DNA from: an uncultured Flavobacteriales bacterium
GTDB taxonomy: Bacteria; Bacteroidota; Bacteroidia; Flavobacteriales; UBA1820
Length of the DNA stretch: 64,000 bases
Reading direction: 5' to 3'
Assembly: GCA_959608625.1 (NCBI GenBank)
Contig: CAUHQV010000001.1
Coordinates: forward strand, 39,783-103,782
Shown here: positions 1 through 8,513 of the stretch, piece by piece
How positions within the stretch are numbered: position 1 is the first letter of the stretch
How the letters are laid out: each line of letters opens with the position of its first letter
Notes under the pieces: model-generated
What the model saw: the letters and a program-made list of their open reading frames with translations, nothing else
Database searches by the model: none
What the model was told of the DNA's origin: nothing
Made by a program: the position numbers and the translations under genes

Positions 1-1022
1 GAACCGAAATAACCCAGAAAGCGGCCTTTGATATCCCGGTTGAGTATTTTGGAAAGGAGGGCTTCCATGGTCGGAAAAACGGTCGTATTGTAGGTCGGCG
101 CCCCGACGATAAGGCCCTTGTAGCGGAACACATCGGCCAGGATATACGAAGCGTCGCTCTTGCTCACGTTGTGCATCGCGATATTGCAGACTCCCTGTGC
201 AGAGAGTTCGGCCGCGATCGTTTCGGCCATTTGCTCGGTATTGCCGTACATGCTCCCATAGGCCACCACCACGCCGTCCTCGGCCTCGTAGCGGCTCAGT
301 CGGTCGTAAATGTCCTTTACTTTCGGGACATTTTCCATCCATACGGGCCCGTGGGTGGAACAGATGGCGGATATGGGCAGTCCTTCCAGCTTCTGGAAAG
401 CCCGCTGGACGGACGTGCCGTATTTGCCCACGACATTGGAATAGTAACGGAACATCTCGTTCCAATATTTGTCGGTATTGATGCGGGTATCCAGTACGCC
501 TCCGTCCAGGGCGCCGAACGCGCCGAACGCATCGCCGGAGAAAAGCACTCCTTCCGTGCTGTCGAAAGTCATCATCGTTTCCGGCCAATGCACCATAGGG
601 GTGAGGCGGAATTGGAGTTTGTGATGCCCTAAGTCCAACCGGGTGTCGTCTGCCACCTGGATCTGTGCCCCGGTATCTATGCCGTAGAACCCTTCCAGCA
701 TGCCGAACGCCTGTTTGCTGGCCACGATGGTGATGTCCGGGTAATATTTGCGGATCAGGCTGATGGATCCCGAATGATCCGGTTCCATATGGTTGATAAT
801 CAGATAATCGACAGGCCGATCGCCCAGTATCTGTTTTAGCTTGTGGTAAAAAGGTTCAAAATAGCAGATGTCGACCGTATCCACCAAAGCTGTCTTTTGG
901 TCGTCTATCAGGTAGGAGTTATAGGAAATACCCAGGGGAAGGGGCCACATTCCCTCGAACAGGGCTTTGCTGCGGTCGTTCACCCCTACATAATGTATGT
1001 TCCCTTTTATTTTTACGTCCAT
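1..1022 (-). CDS. FprA-family flavodiiron protein (A-type flavoprotein, O2/NO reductase); C-terminus runs off the window start
   Basis: Absent from the ORF track because it is open to the window edge. Hand translation of the reverse strand from ATG (complement of 1020-1022) gives MDVKIKGNIHYVGVNDRSKALFEGMWPLPLGISYNSYLIDD. It contains the metallo-beta-lactamase-like diiron motif NHMEPDHSG, then a flavodoxin-like VVVAYGSMYGNTEQMAETIA. Confidence 0.85.
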   Translation of the reverse strand, partial: MDVKIKGNIHYVGVNDRSKALFEGMWPLPLGISYNSYLIDDQKTALVDTVDICYFEPFYHKLKQILGDRPVDYLIINHMEPDHSGSISLIRKYYPDITIVASKQAFGMLEGFYGIDTGAQIQVADDTRLDLGHHKLQFRLTPMVHWPETMMTFDSTEGVLFSGDAFGAFGALDGGVLDTRINTDKYWNEMFRYYSNVVGKYGTSVQRAFQKLEGLPISAICSTHGPVWMENVPKVKDIYDRLSRYEAEDGVVVAYGSMYGNTEQMAETIAAELSAQGVCNIAMHNVSKSDASYILADVFRYKGLIVGAPTYNTTVFPTMEALLSKILNRDIKGRFLGYFG

Positions 1023-1069
1023 ATATCGTTTGTGATTTAATTTATTTTCGGGAAAAACCAACGATGCGG

Positions 1070-2014
1070 TTATTGCGCTTTGCTCAGAAAGGCTTCTGCG
1101 TGCCACAGGTCTGCGTCCTTCATAAGGACTTTCTTGTCCTTGTCCAGCAGGTACAGCGAAGGGATGGCCCGCAGGTCGTAAAGCCGTCCGGCGTCTATCG
1201 TGCGGCCTTTATCGTATGCTACCACCCAATTGGAAGGGAAATCCGCCGCATGTTCGCGCCACATCTCGACTTGGCCGTCCGGATAGATGGAAAGGATGGT
1301 CAATTGTTTGTCGCGGATCATTTCGTTCAGGGTCGGGGAATTTTTCATCCGGCTGGTGGTGATATGGCAGTTCTCGCATTCGGGATTGTTGAAATAGACC
1401 AGCGTGTATGGTGTTTTGATCCCGTACAGGCTTCCTTTGGCCCCGCCGATGGTCTCGTACCTGAAATCGGCTGCCGGGGCTCCCTGCCGGTTTTTGAGCA
1501 GCGTTTCCAGTTGGGCCGCAGGCCTCAAACGCGACACTTCGGGAACGCGTTTATCGGTCAGGTACGATTCTATTACACAAATGTACAATTCTTCATTGCG
1601 CATCGGGGAATTCGGGTCGTACAGGTATTTTTCGGCCAGCGTGAGGAAATGGTCGCGGGCCGCAGGCGCTGCCGATGCTTTTTCGAGGAACAGGCCGATC
1701 GACTTACGCGCCATATCCGGTTCCACGCCGTTGAGAATGTGCGTGTAATCGGCAAAACCCTGTTCGCTGACCTGGGGCAGGGACAGCAGGCTCGTATCCG
1801 CAAAATCGTAGTTGTCCCAGAAGTGTTCCGTCACGTATTCGGCCCGCGCCTGGGGCGAAGCGAGGGAATCCGGCACTTTTATGTATTCGAATGTCCGGGT
1901 AGAGTCTGCCATGGCGGCCGTTTGTTTTTCGGTTGCCGCATTGTGCCCTTTGCATCCCCAGGAAAATAAAAGGGTCGCGAACAGGGCGAGCATGGTGCAG
2001 GTTATTTTATACAT
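1070..2014 (-). CDS. Thioredoxin-fold (TlpA/AhpC-TSA-like) lipoprotein with N-terminal helical DUF5106-like domain
   Basis: 314-aa ORF. Lipoprotein-type signal (LFATLLFSWGC). C-terminal thioredoxin-like region with CxxC (NPECENCH) and the typical IPSLYLLDKDKKVL end. Confidence 0.8.
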   Translation of the reverse strand: MYKITCTMLALFATLLFSWGCKGHNAATEKQTAAMADSTRTFEYIKVPDSLASPQARAEYVTEHFWDNYDFADTSLLSLPQVSEQGFADYTHILNGVEPDMARKSIGLFLEKASAAPAARDHFLTLAEKYLYDPNSPMRNEELYICVIESYLTDKRVPEVSRLRPAAQLETLLKNRQGAPAADFRYETIGGAKGSLYGIKTPYTLVYFNNPECENCHITTSRMKNSPTLNEMIRDKQLTILSIYPDGQVEMWREHAADFPSNWVVAYDKGRTIDAGRLYDLRAIPSLYLLDKDKKVLMKDADLWHAEAFLSKAQ

Positions 2015-2064
2015 TATGTCTTGTTTTTTGTTCGTATTCCGGCCGGTTGCGGCCTTTCGGGTAA

Positions 2065-2072
2065 CAAATATA
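2065..2072 (-). promoter_or_regulatory. Candidate Bacteroidetes -7 promoter element (TATATTTG on minus strand) for the thioredoxin-fold lipoprotein/fprA unit
   Basis: Plus strand reads CAAATATA, reverse complement TATATTTG, which matches TAnnTTTG. It lies about 50 nt upstream of the ATG at 2014. Confidence 0.35.
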
Positions 2073-2084
2073 AGTCATATTTCG

Positions 2085-2092
2085 TACATTTG
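2085..2092 (+). promoter_or_regulatory. Candidate -7 promoter element TACATTTG for the eamA-eamA-bioD operon
   Basis: Exact TAnnTTTG match 22 nt upstream of the ATG at 2114. It lies inside the ORF-track N-terminal extension (2021..), which argues for the 2114 start. Confidence 0.4.
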
Positions 2093-2113
2093 CCCGCGTT
2101 AGTTGTATCCGGA

Positions 2114-3082
2114 ATGAGAAAACTGTTCACTTCCACGACTTTTCTGGCCGTGATATGTTGCATCCTTTGGGCATCGCCTTTTGTCCCGCTCAAGATAGGG
2201 CTGGAGATCATGCCGCGCCCATTGGAGTTCGCAGGGTACCGCTTTTTCCTGGCCGGTTTTTTCATCGCCTTGTTCTATGCCCTGTCGCGCATAGGGAAGA
2301 AGAACGATCCCGGTAAAGGAGGCTATTTCGCCCAGGTGCGGCGCAATTTCCCGAAAATACTGCTTATATCGGTATTTCATACTTCCCTGCTGTACACCTG
2401 TTTCTACATGGGGCAGATGCGCGTGGAAGCGGCCATCGGAGCCCTTGTGGTGGGTTCCCAACCGCTGTTTGTGGCGGTGTTCGCCCATTTTATGAAGCGC
2501 GACGACCGGCTGTCCTGGCGGAAAACGGCTGCCATTCTGCTCGGGCTGGCCGGGCTGGTGATTATCGCTTCCGGCAAAATATCGGGGGCCGATTTCCTGG
2601 GGTGGACCCCGATCCTCGGCATCCTGTTCCTGGTGGGCAACAACATGACGTCCGCATTTTCCAATGTCTTGATATCCCGTACCCAGACCGACCGGCTGGA
2701 TCCATTGGTGTTCTCCTCCTCGCAGTTGATGGTGGGCGGGCTTACCTTGTTGGCCATATCGTATCCGGTTGCCGGTTTTCACGGGTTTCCTACACAGGGA
2801 ATTTGGTGGGTGTCGCTGGCCGTACTGGTGTTCATTTCGACGGTAGCTATCGGGCTGTGGTTCGTGCTGCTGGCCCGTCCGGGTATAAAAGTATCCGAAC
2901 TGAATATGTGGAAATTCCTCATCCCGGTGGTCGGTTCGATGGAAAGCTGGGCGCTGATGCCGAATGAGTATCCTCAGTTGTATTCGGTAGTGGGGTTGCT
3001 CGTCCTCACCTCGTCCTTGGTGCTGCTGAACTATGGTAACCTGTACCGGGCTATATTTCAAAAAAATCCTCTCGAGAGATGA
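2114..3082 (+). CDS. EamA/DMT-superfamily permease (paralog 1 of tandem pair)
   Basis: Track ORF 2021..3082 trimmed to MRKLFTSTTFLAVICCILWAS. About 10 hydrophobic helices. Shares end motifs with the next gene (LWASxFVPxKxGLE, KVSELNMWKFLxPVxGSxESW). Confidence 0.85.
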   Translation: MRKLFTSTTFLAVICCILWASPFVPLKIGLEIMPRPLEFAGYRFFLAGFFIALFYALSRIGKKNDPGKGGYFAQVRRNFPKILLISVFHTSLLYTCFYMGQMRVEAAIGALVVGSQPLFVAVFAHFMKRDDRLSWRKTAAILLGLAGLVIIASGKISGADFLGWTPILGILFLVGNNMTSAFSNVLISRTQTDRLDPLVFSSSQLMVGGLTLLAISYPVAGFHGFPTQGIWWVSLAVLVFISTVAIGLWFVLLARPGIKVSELNMWKFLIPVVGSMESWALMPNEYPQLYSVVGLLVLTSSLVLLNYGNLYRAIFQKNPLER

Positions 3083-4026
3083 AGAAAATAATATTTTCCA
3101 CGCCTTTTTTGGCTATTATGACCTGCCTGTTGTGGGCTTCGACCTTCGTGCCTACCAAAGTGGGTCTCGAATACCTTTCTTCCCCCCTGCAGTTCGCGGG
3201 ATACACATACCTGATCGCAGGCGTCGTGCTGATGCCTTGGGCCCGGATCGGCCCCCGGTATTTCCGTCAGGTGAAGGACAACCTGTGGCTGATGATAAAA
3301 GTAGCCCTTTTCTCCACGACGATACTCTACGGAGCCTATTACCTGGGACAAAACCTGCTCGACGCCTCGCTGGCATCGCTCATCGTGAGCGCCCAGCCGT
3401 TCTTCGTGGCCGTGATGGCGCATTTCATGCTCAAGACCGACCGTTTTACTCCGCTCAAAGTGTTCAGCATCGCCCTGGCGGTGGTAGGCTTGGTGGTAGT
3501 GAGTTTCCCCAGCCTGATCAACATGCAGGCGATGGGTGTGGCGGCCATAGGCGGTATTTTGCTGATGCTGGTGAACTGCGTTTCGGCGGCTTACGGCAAT
3601 ATCATCGTCTCGCAAATCGATTTTTCCAAAGTGGATATCCGGGTGCTCAATTCGGCGGAACTGACTATCGGCGGCGCACTACTGCTCGCCCTGGCGGCTA
3701 TCACCGGCGACTGGCAGCCGTTCCCCACGGCCGGAATGTTCCACATCGCCCTGGTGATAAAAGTGTTCATCGCCGTCACGACGATGGTCACCTGGTTTGC
3801 CCTGCTGGCCCGTCCGGAAGTGAAAGTTTCGGAACTCAATATGTGGAAATTCCTGATGCCGGTGTTCGGATCGATCGAGAGCTGGCTGCTGATGACGGGC
3901 GACAATCCCAATGCCTTTACCGTGGCCGGGCTGTTCATCCTGACCGCTTCGCTGCTCATATTCTACAATCGGCCCCTACGGGATTTCTTTTTCAGGAAGA
4001 AAAATACGGCTAAAACAGAAAAATAA
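3079..4026 (+). CDS. EamA/DMT-superfamily permease (paralog 2 of tandem pair)
   Basis: 315-aa polytopic ORF. The start overlaps the previous stop (ATGA at 3079-3082). Clear paralog of the 2114..3082 product. Confidence 0.85.
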   Translation: MKKIIFSTPFLAIMTCLLWASTFVPTKVGLEYLSSPLQFAGYTYLIAGVVLMPWARIGPRYFRQVKDNLWLMIKVALFSTTILYGAYYLGQNLLDASLASLIVSAQPFFVAVMAHFMLKTDRFTPLKVFSIALAVVGLVVVSFPSLINMQAMGVAAIGGILLMLVNCVSAAYGNIIVSQIDFSKVDIRVLNSAELTIGGALLLALAAITGDWQPFPTAGMFHIALVIKVFIAVTTMVTWFALLARPEVKVSELNMWKFLMPVFGSIESWLLMTGDNPNAFTVAGLFILTASLLIFYNRPLRDFFFRKKNTAKTEK

Positions 4027-4709
4027 TGGCCCATAAAAAGACTTATTTCATCACCGGCATCGATACCGACGCCGGGAAAACATGGGTGACAGGCGCGTTC
4101 GCCCGCTACCTGAAAGACCACGGCAAAAACGTGGTGACCCAGAAGATCGCCCAGACAGGTTGCGTGGGGTCGTCGGAAGATATCGAACGCCACCGCCTGA
4201 TGATGGGGGTGGACTCTTTGCCGGAGGACAGGGAAGGGCTTACATGCCCCTTTATTTTCACGGTGCCGTGTTCCCCGCATCTGGCGGCCGAGATAGACGG
4301 TGCGGAGATAGATCCCGAAAAGATCACCGCCGCCCGGAAAGAACTGGAAAAACGTTATGAATACGTCCTGTGCGAAGGGGTGGGGGGGCTTTGTGTGCCC
4401 CTGAACAGGCGCGAATATTTGCTCGACTGGCTTGCCCGGCAAGACCTGCCGGTCGTATTGGTCACTTCGGGCAAACTGGGGAGCATCAACCATACGGTGA
4501 TGAGTCTCGAACTGTGCAAAGCGCGCGGGATAGACGTGGTAGCGGTCGTGTACAACTATTACCCCGATGTGTTGCCCCAAATAGAGAGGGATACGGTACG
4601 TGTGATCAAAGACTATTTGGAAGAAACGTATCCCGGGTGCGGTTTTATCCGTCTGGGCAACCTGAAAGAGGAAGGTTACGGCAGCGGGGATTTTTCCGTG
4701 TTGCTGTAA
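4026..4709 (+). CDS. bioD: Dethiobiotin synthase
   Basis: 227 aa. N-terminal P-loop FITGIDTDAGKTWVTGA, later EGVGGLCVP and GSINHT, typical of BioD. The ATG overlaps the previous TAA by 1 nt (TAATG). Confidence 0.9.
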   Translation: MAHKKTYFITGIDTDAGKTWVTGAFARYLKDHGKNVVTQKIAQTGCVGSSEDIERHRLMMGVDSLPEDREGLTCPFIFTVPCSPHLAAEIDGAEIDPEKITAARKELEKRYEYVLCEGVGGLCVPLNRREYLLDWLARQDLPVVLVTSGKLGSINHTVMSLELCKARGIDVVAVVYNYYPDVLPQIERDTVRVIKDYLEETYPGCGFIRLGNLKEEGYGSGDFSVLL

Positions 4710-4912
4710 TTTTACGCATGGCTTACCTGAAACACCTGGCCTCAGGCGGGACGGCTAAAAAAGCGAAGCGAGTGATCGTTTCTTAAAGTACCATATTGCG
4801 GCGGATAAAGAAGCCGTTAGCGAAGCTCCCATTTTCTTTATATCCCTGCATAAGGCAGGTGAACCTCGGTCTTGCTCAAACGAATTTGGCCCTGGACCCG
4901 GATTTGTCCGTT

Positions 4913-5242
4913 TCAGTCTTCAAAGTCCAATTCTGCGATCCGTTTTTGCCAGCGCTCCCATGATCTTGTGCGGGTGGTGGTGATACACAGCCGCATCGAC
5001 TGCCCGAGAATCCGGCGTTCGTCTTTTGTCCGGCCTAAACGTTCCAATAGGGGCTGCACGGCGTCGGTCAGGCGCACGATACGGCCGCATAATTTCATTT
5101 TCCGGGCGTATTCCGTTTCCAGCAAGGCCATGTACGCCTCTGCAGCTTCGATCGGCTTTCCCTGTTTTTGCAGGTCGCCCGCATGTCCGACGGCCTTTTG
5201 GTAAGCGCTTCCGGTAAAAAAGGCGATGATCCCGTCTATCAT
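4913..5242 (-). CDS. Hypothetical helical protein (109 aa), possibly co-transcribed downstream of the ZIP transporter
   Basis: ORF begins 11 nt after the ZIP gene stop on the same strand. Balanced helical composition. No family recognised. Confidence 0.35.
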   Translation of the reverse strand: MIDGIIAFFTGSAYQKAVGHAGDLQKQGKPIEAAEAYMALLETEYARKMKLCGRIVRLTDAVQPLLERLGRTKDERRILGQSMRLCITTTRTRSWERWQKRIAELDFED

Positions 5243-5252
5243 GCGGCGGATG

Positions 5253-6020
5253 CTATATGACCACCAGCATGGCGGCGATGAATCCCAAAACGATAATAAC
5301 CAGTTTGCGCACTTTCCCGTATGCCGCCATATCGCAGTCGAAGAGCATGACCGAGGAAACGTGCAGCAGAATACCTACTACCACGGCCAACGCCGCGTAG
5401 TAATACTCGTGGAATATCTCCGTATGCGCCCCTACGAACATGCCGAGTGGGCCGGCCAGCCCGAACAGCAGCATCAGGAGCATGGCCTTGGTCTTGCTGC
5501 GTACGCTGCGAAGGATCAGGATGTACAGCACGATAGCCATCGGGATGGTGTGCAGAGCGATACTCAGCAGCAGCGGGGATACTCCGCCTATATCCAGGAT
5601 GCCGTGGGCATGGTCGTGGCCGTGGACATCCCCGGCCAATATCGGGGTGGATTCCAGGAAAGTATGGAGGAACAGGCTGACGAACATGCCGATGGTCAGC
5701 GAATTGTCGACTTTTTCGCCCGAATGGGAATGGCTGTGCGTACAGGAATCCGTATGGGTATGCCCATGGTCGACTCCTTTGGTGAAAAAATCGAGTACCG
5801 CCTGGATGAGCAGCCCGCCCATGATGCAGAATCCGATCACAGTGGCCGAGAGGCCTCCTTCGTAAGCCTCGGGAAGCATGTGGAATACGATAATGCCCAG
5901 TACGAAAGCCCCGGTGAATCCGGAAATCAGGTCGACGGCCGTTTTAGTCAGCCGGCCCCGGAAAATATTGACCACTACTACTGCCAGTACGGTGGCGGCG
6001 AACAGGATGAGGTAATCCAT
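5253..6020 (-). CDS. ZIP-family divalent metal (zinc/iron) transporter
   Basis: Track ORF 5253..6170 trimmed to MDYLILFAATVLAVVVVNIF. Polytopic, with a His-rich loop GVDHGHTHTDSCTHSHSHSGE and DVHGHDHAHG. Confidence 0.85.
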   Translation of the reverse strand: MDYLILFAATVLAVVVVNIFRGRLTKTAVDLISGFTGAFVLGIIVFHMLPEAYEGGLSATVIGFCIMGGLLIQAVLDFFTKGVDHGHTHTDSCTHSHSHSGEKVDNSLTIGMFVSLFLHTFLESTPILAGDVHGHDHAHGILDIGGVSPLLLSIALHTIPMAIVLYILILRSVRSKTKAMLLMLLFGLAGPLGMFVGAHTEIFHEYYYAALAVVVGILLHVSSVMLFDCDMAAYGKVRKLVIIVLGFIAAMLVVI

Positions 6021-6043
6021 GCGGGATGCGGTTTTTAGGTTTG

Positions 6044-6051
6044 CAAAGTTA
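6044..6051 (-). promoter_or_regulatory. Candidate -7 element TAACTTTG (minus strand) for the ZIP transporter
   Basis: Plus strand CAAAGTTA, reverse complement TAACTTTG, about 23 nt upstream of the ATG at 6020. It lies inside the track's N-terminal extension, which supports the trimmed start. Confidence 0.35.
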
Positions 6052-6213
6052 AGCCAAATGTAACGGTTTTTCACCACAGGAAGGCAATAAATGGAAACCT
6101 TGGCAGGAAAAAACGAAACTCTTCCGCGCGGTAAATGCAGGCGGGCTTTGTGTGTGAACGGATATGACAATTCTCATAGTTTGTGGGATTTTTAGATACA
6201 CCCGTTCTTTTCG

Positions 6214-6221
6214 TATTTTTG
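6214..6221 (+). promoter_or_regulatory. Candidate -7 element TATTTTTG for the GNAT gene
   Basis: Exact TAnnTTTG about 30 nt upstream of the ATG at 6251. It lies inside the track extension (6164..). Confidence 0.35.
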
Positions 6222-6250
6222 CAGGTAAACACACCCTAAAACGAAAACAG

Positions 6251-6565
6251 ATGAATGTGATCTCCCTGAGAGAACAACCCCGGTATTTGGAAACGGCGAT
6301 CGCCTATTTCCAAAGCAAATGGGCCGGAGAAGACTCCCGGATGGATCTGTATCCCTGGTTGGTGGCGCTATTCATCGAGGAAAAACACCGGGGAAATAAC
6401 TATGGGAAATTGTTGATCGACCAAGCGGAAAAAGATGCGCGGGCTGCAGGATTTGAGAACATGTACCTGTGTACCGATCATACTTCCTATTACGAGCGGT
6501 TCGGATTTGCTTATTTGGGCGAATGCTACCACCCTTGGGGGGCGTTCGCGGGTGTACGGGATTAG
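6251..6565 (+). CDS. GNAT-family N-acetyltransferase, unusually short (104 aa), possibly internally deleted
   Basis: Starts [55 protein letters not shown]. Retains the acetyl-CoA motif region (RGNNYG). It appears to lack the central strands present in longer homologs as I remember them. Confidence 0.6.
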   Translation: MNVISLREQPRYLETAIAYFQSKWAGEDSRMDLYPWLVALFIEEKHRGNNYGKLLIDQAEKDARAAGFENMYLCTDHTSYYERFGFAYLGECYHPWGAFAGVRD

Positions 6566-6589
6566 TCTGTGACGCCGGATTAAGATACA

Positions 6590-6621
6590 AAACGGCCCCG
6601 GTAAAACCGGGGCCGTTTTTG
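6590..6621. terminator. Bidirectional rho-independent terminator between GNAT (+) and amidase (-)
   Basis: Stem CGGCCCCGG (6593-6601), loop TAAAA, stem CCGGGGCCG (6607-6615), then TTTTT. There is an A-run on the 5' side. Confidence 0.7.
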
Positions 6622-6642
6622 CACGTAAATATGCTTGCCTGT

Positions 6643-8370
6643 TTATTTGGAAGCCTTGAATTTCTTCGGGGCTTTGGCATCGCTGCCGTCCACCGAGGCG
6701 AGGAATTTTTCCAATCCCCAGGCCGTACGCTCCATCATTTCATCCCGGAAATGTTTGTCCAGTATCTTGGACGAATCTTCCGGGGAAGAGAGGAACAGCG
6801 TTTCCACCAGGACGGTCAGGTATTCGGTAGGTTGGTTGAGCGAGAAGTTGAAATTTCCCACGTTTCCGAAATTGGCCACGTCCATCGGCAGGATGCTTTC
6901 CAGGATGAAGGCGGAAAGCGGACGGTGGGACAGGTGGCGGTAATAAGTGCTGGTACCTTTGGCCGTGAAGGGCGAACCGCCGGCGTTGCAGTGGATGGAA
7001 ATCAGGATGTCGGCCCCGGCGTTCAGGGCGGTTGCCTTGCGGTCGGCCATCGAGGTATTATCTATGCCCGGGCGGGTGAGGATCACTTTCGCTCCTTTGG
7101 ATTCCAGCACTTTTTTCAGGTGTTCGGCCATATCTTTGGTCAGATCCTGTTCTTTCACTCCGCTGGTCGTCCGGGCCCCGTTCCAGGGTTCCCCGTGGCC
7201 TGCGTCTACGGCGATGACCAGGTTTTTTAGCTTCAGGCTTTCGGGCCGGTGTTTCACTTTAATCACCAGACTGTTGCCCCGGTAGGACACAGAGTAACCC
7301 CATATCTGGCTGTTCTTCAGGTCTACTACCACACGGAACACATCGTCCTCGACCTGTTTGTACGATACGTTGGCGATCTCTTTCTCGCCTTTGAGCTGGG
7401 TAATCCAGTTCGTGTTGCAGGCTGCGCCGAACAGATCGACGTTGATCCGGTGAAGGTCCACGTCTTCGGTAATGGCGTAGGGCAGGCGTTCGCTCAGACC
7501 TACGACCAGGTAGTCGTAATTCCCGTCGGTCGAGACGCTCCACGATCCGGTGAGCGATTCCCCCGGGAAAGTTCCTTCGGGGAGTTTTTCAGTGTAGCTG
7601 TCCGGTATCCAGGCGATCGTATTGCGCGAGAGCTGCACTTTATACATATCGTTCACCCGGCCTATTACCCGGAGTTTTATCCCGGCGTCGAGCGAGTTGA
7701 TCTTCGTGCCGCCCAAGCGGTCGGTTCCCAGCCCGTAGTTGAGGTAGGCCCCCTCCTTGGTTTGTACCATGAAGGGCGTTTTTCCGTCCAGGAACTCCAT
7801 TTTGGATTTGACGGCCTGCACGGCGGACGAATCCCCTGCGGCGATCGAAAGTTCTACCGGCCGGGTGATATTCGTGTCGTCCGGCTGTACCGTGTATTGC
7901 CCCTGGAAAACGCCGGGGGATACTTCGTAAAGAGGACTGCCTCCCAACCAGGATAGTTTGGCACCCGGCATCGAACGCAGGCGGATACGTACGGCATCTC
8001 CCGGGGCGACTGCCATATTGTCGGAAGGGAGTATCTGGACGTTTTCGGCGCGCAGACCGTCTACCGGTTTAGGCGCTTCCCGTTTTTTCAGGAAAACGCT
8101 TTTAGTCAGGCTCTGCCCATCCCCTGTGGACAGGGTGAAAGTGTTGTCGCCTTCTTTCAGGTCGACCCGCGCCGCCCATTCCCCGGACGAATAGATGGGG
8201 AAAGACTGTCCCTGCACGGTGATCTGCGACCCGGCCGGGCCCATTCCGCGCAGGTTGACGATAGCGGTGTAGGTCGTGTCGGCCGATCCGGCCACGATTT
8301 TCAGTTCCTGGGCCTGTGCGGCGAGTACCGGGGCGGCGGCCAGAAGGATGCAAATAGATTTTTTCAGCAT
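6643..8370 (-). CDS. N-acetylmuramoyl-L-alanine amidase (Amidase_3) with N-terminal beta-sandwich and SH3-like domains
   Basis: Track ORF trimmed to the signal peptide MLKKSICILLAAAPVLAAQAQ (cat at 8368-8370). C-terminal LVIAVDAGHGEPWNGA, ADILISIHCNAGG and FLSSPED motifs. Confidence 0.85.
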   Translation of the reverse strand: MLKKSICILLAAAPVLAAQAQELKIVAGSADTTYTAIVNLRGMGPAGSQITVQGQSFPIYSSGEWAARVDLKEGDNTFTLSTGDGQSLTKSVFLKKREAPKPVDGLRAENVQILPSDNMAVAPGDAVRIRLRSMPGAKLSWLGGSPLYEVSPGVFQGQYTVQPDDTNITRPVELSIAAGDSSAVQAVKSKMEFLDGKTPFMVQTKEGAYLNYGLGTDRLGGTKINSLDAGIKLRVIGRVNDMYKVQLSRNTIAWIPDSYTEKLPEGTFPGESLTGSWSVSTDGNYDYLVVGLSERLPYAITEDVDLHRINVDLFGAACNTNWITQLKGEKEIANVSYKQVEDDVFRVVVDLKNSQIWGYSVSYRGNSLVIKVKHRPESLKLKNLVIAVDAGHGEPWNGARTTSGVKEQDLTKDMAEHLKKVLESKGAKVILTRPGIDNTSMADRKATALNAGADILISIHCNAGGSPFTAKGTSTYYRHLSHRPLSAFILESILPMDVANFGNVGNFNFSLNQPTEYLTVLVETLFLSSPEDSSKILDKHFRDEMMERTAWGLEKFLASVDGSDAKAPKKFKASK

Positions 8371-8513
8371 AGTATGGTGGTTTTTTAATATATCCGTTCG
8401 GATTTTACAAATATCGCAAATAAGACGTTCCGTCCGCCGATCACCCACAAAAAAAAGACGGCCTTTGGCTATTTTCCCGCGGGATGCTTACTTTTACCGG
8501 AAAATAGAACCCG

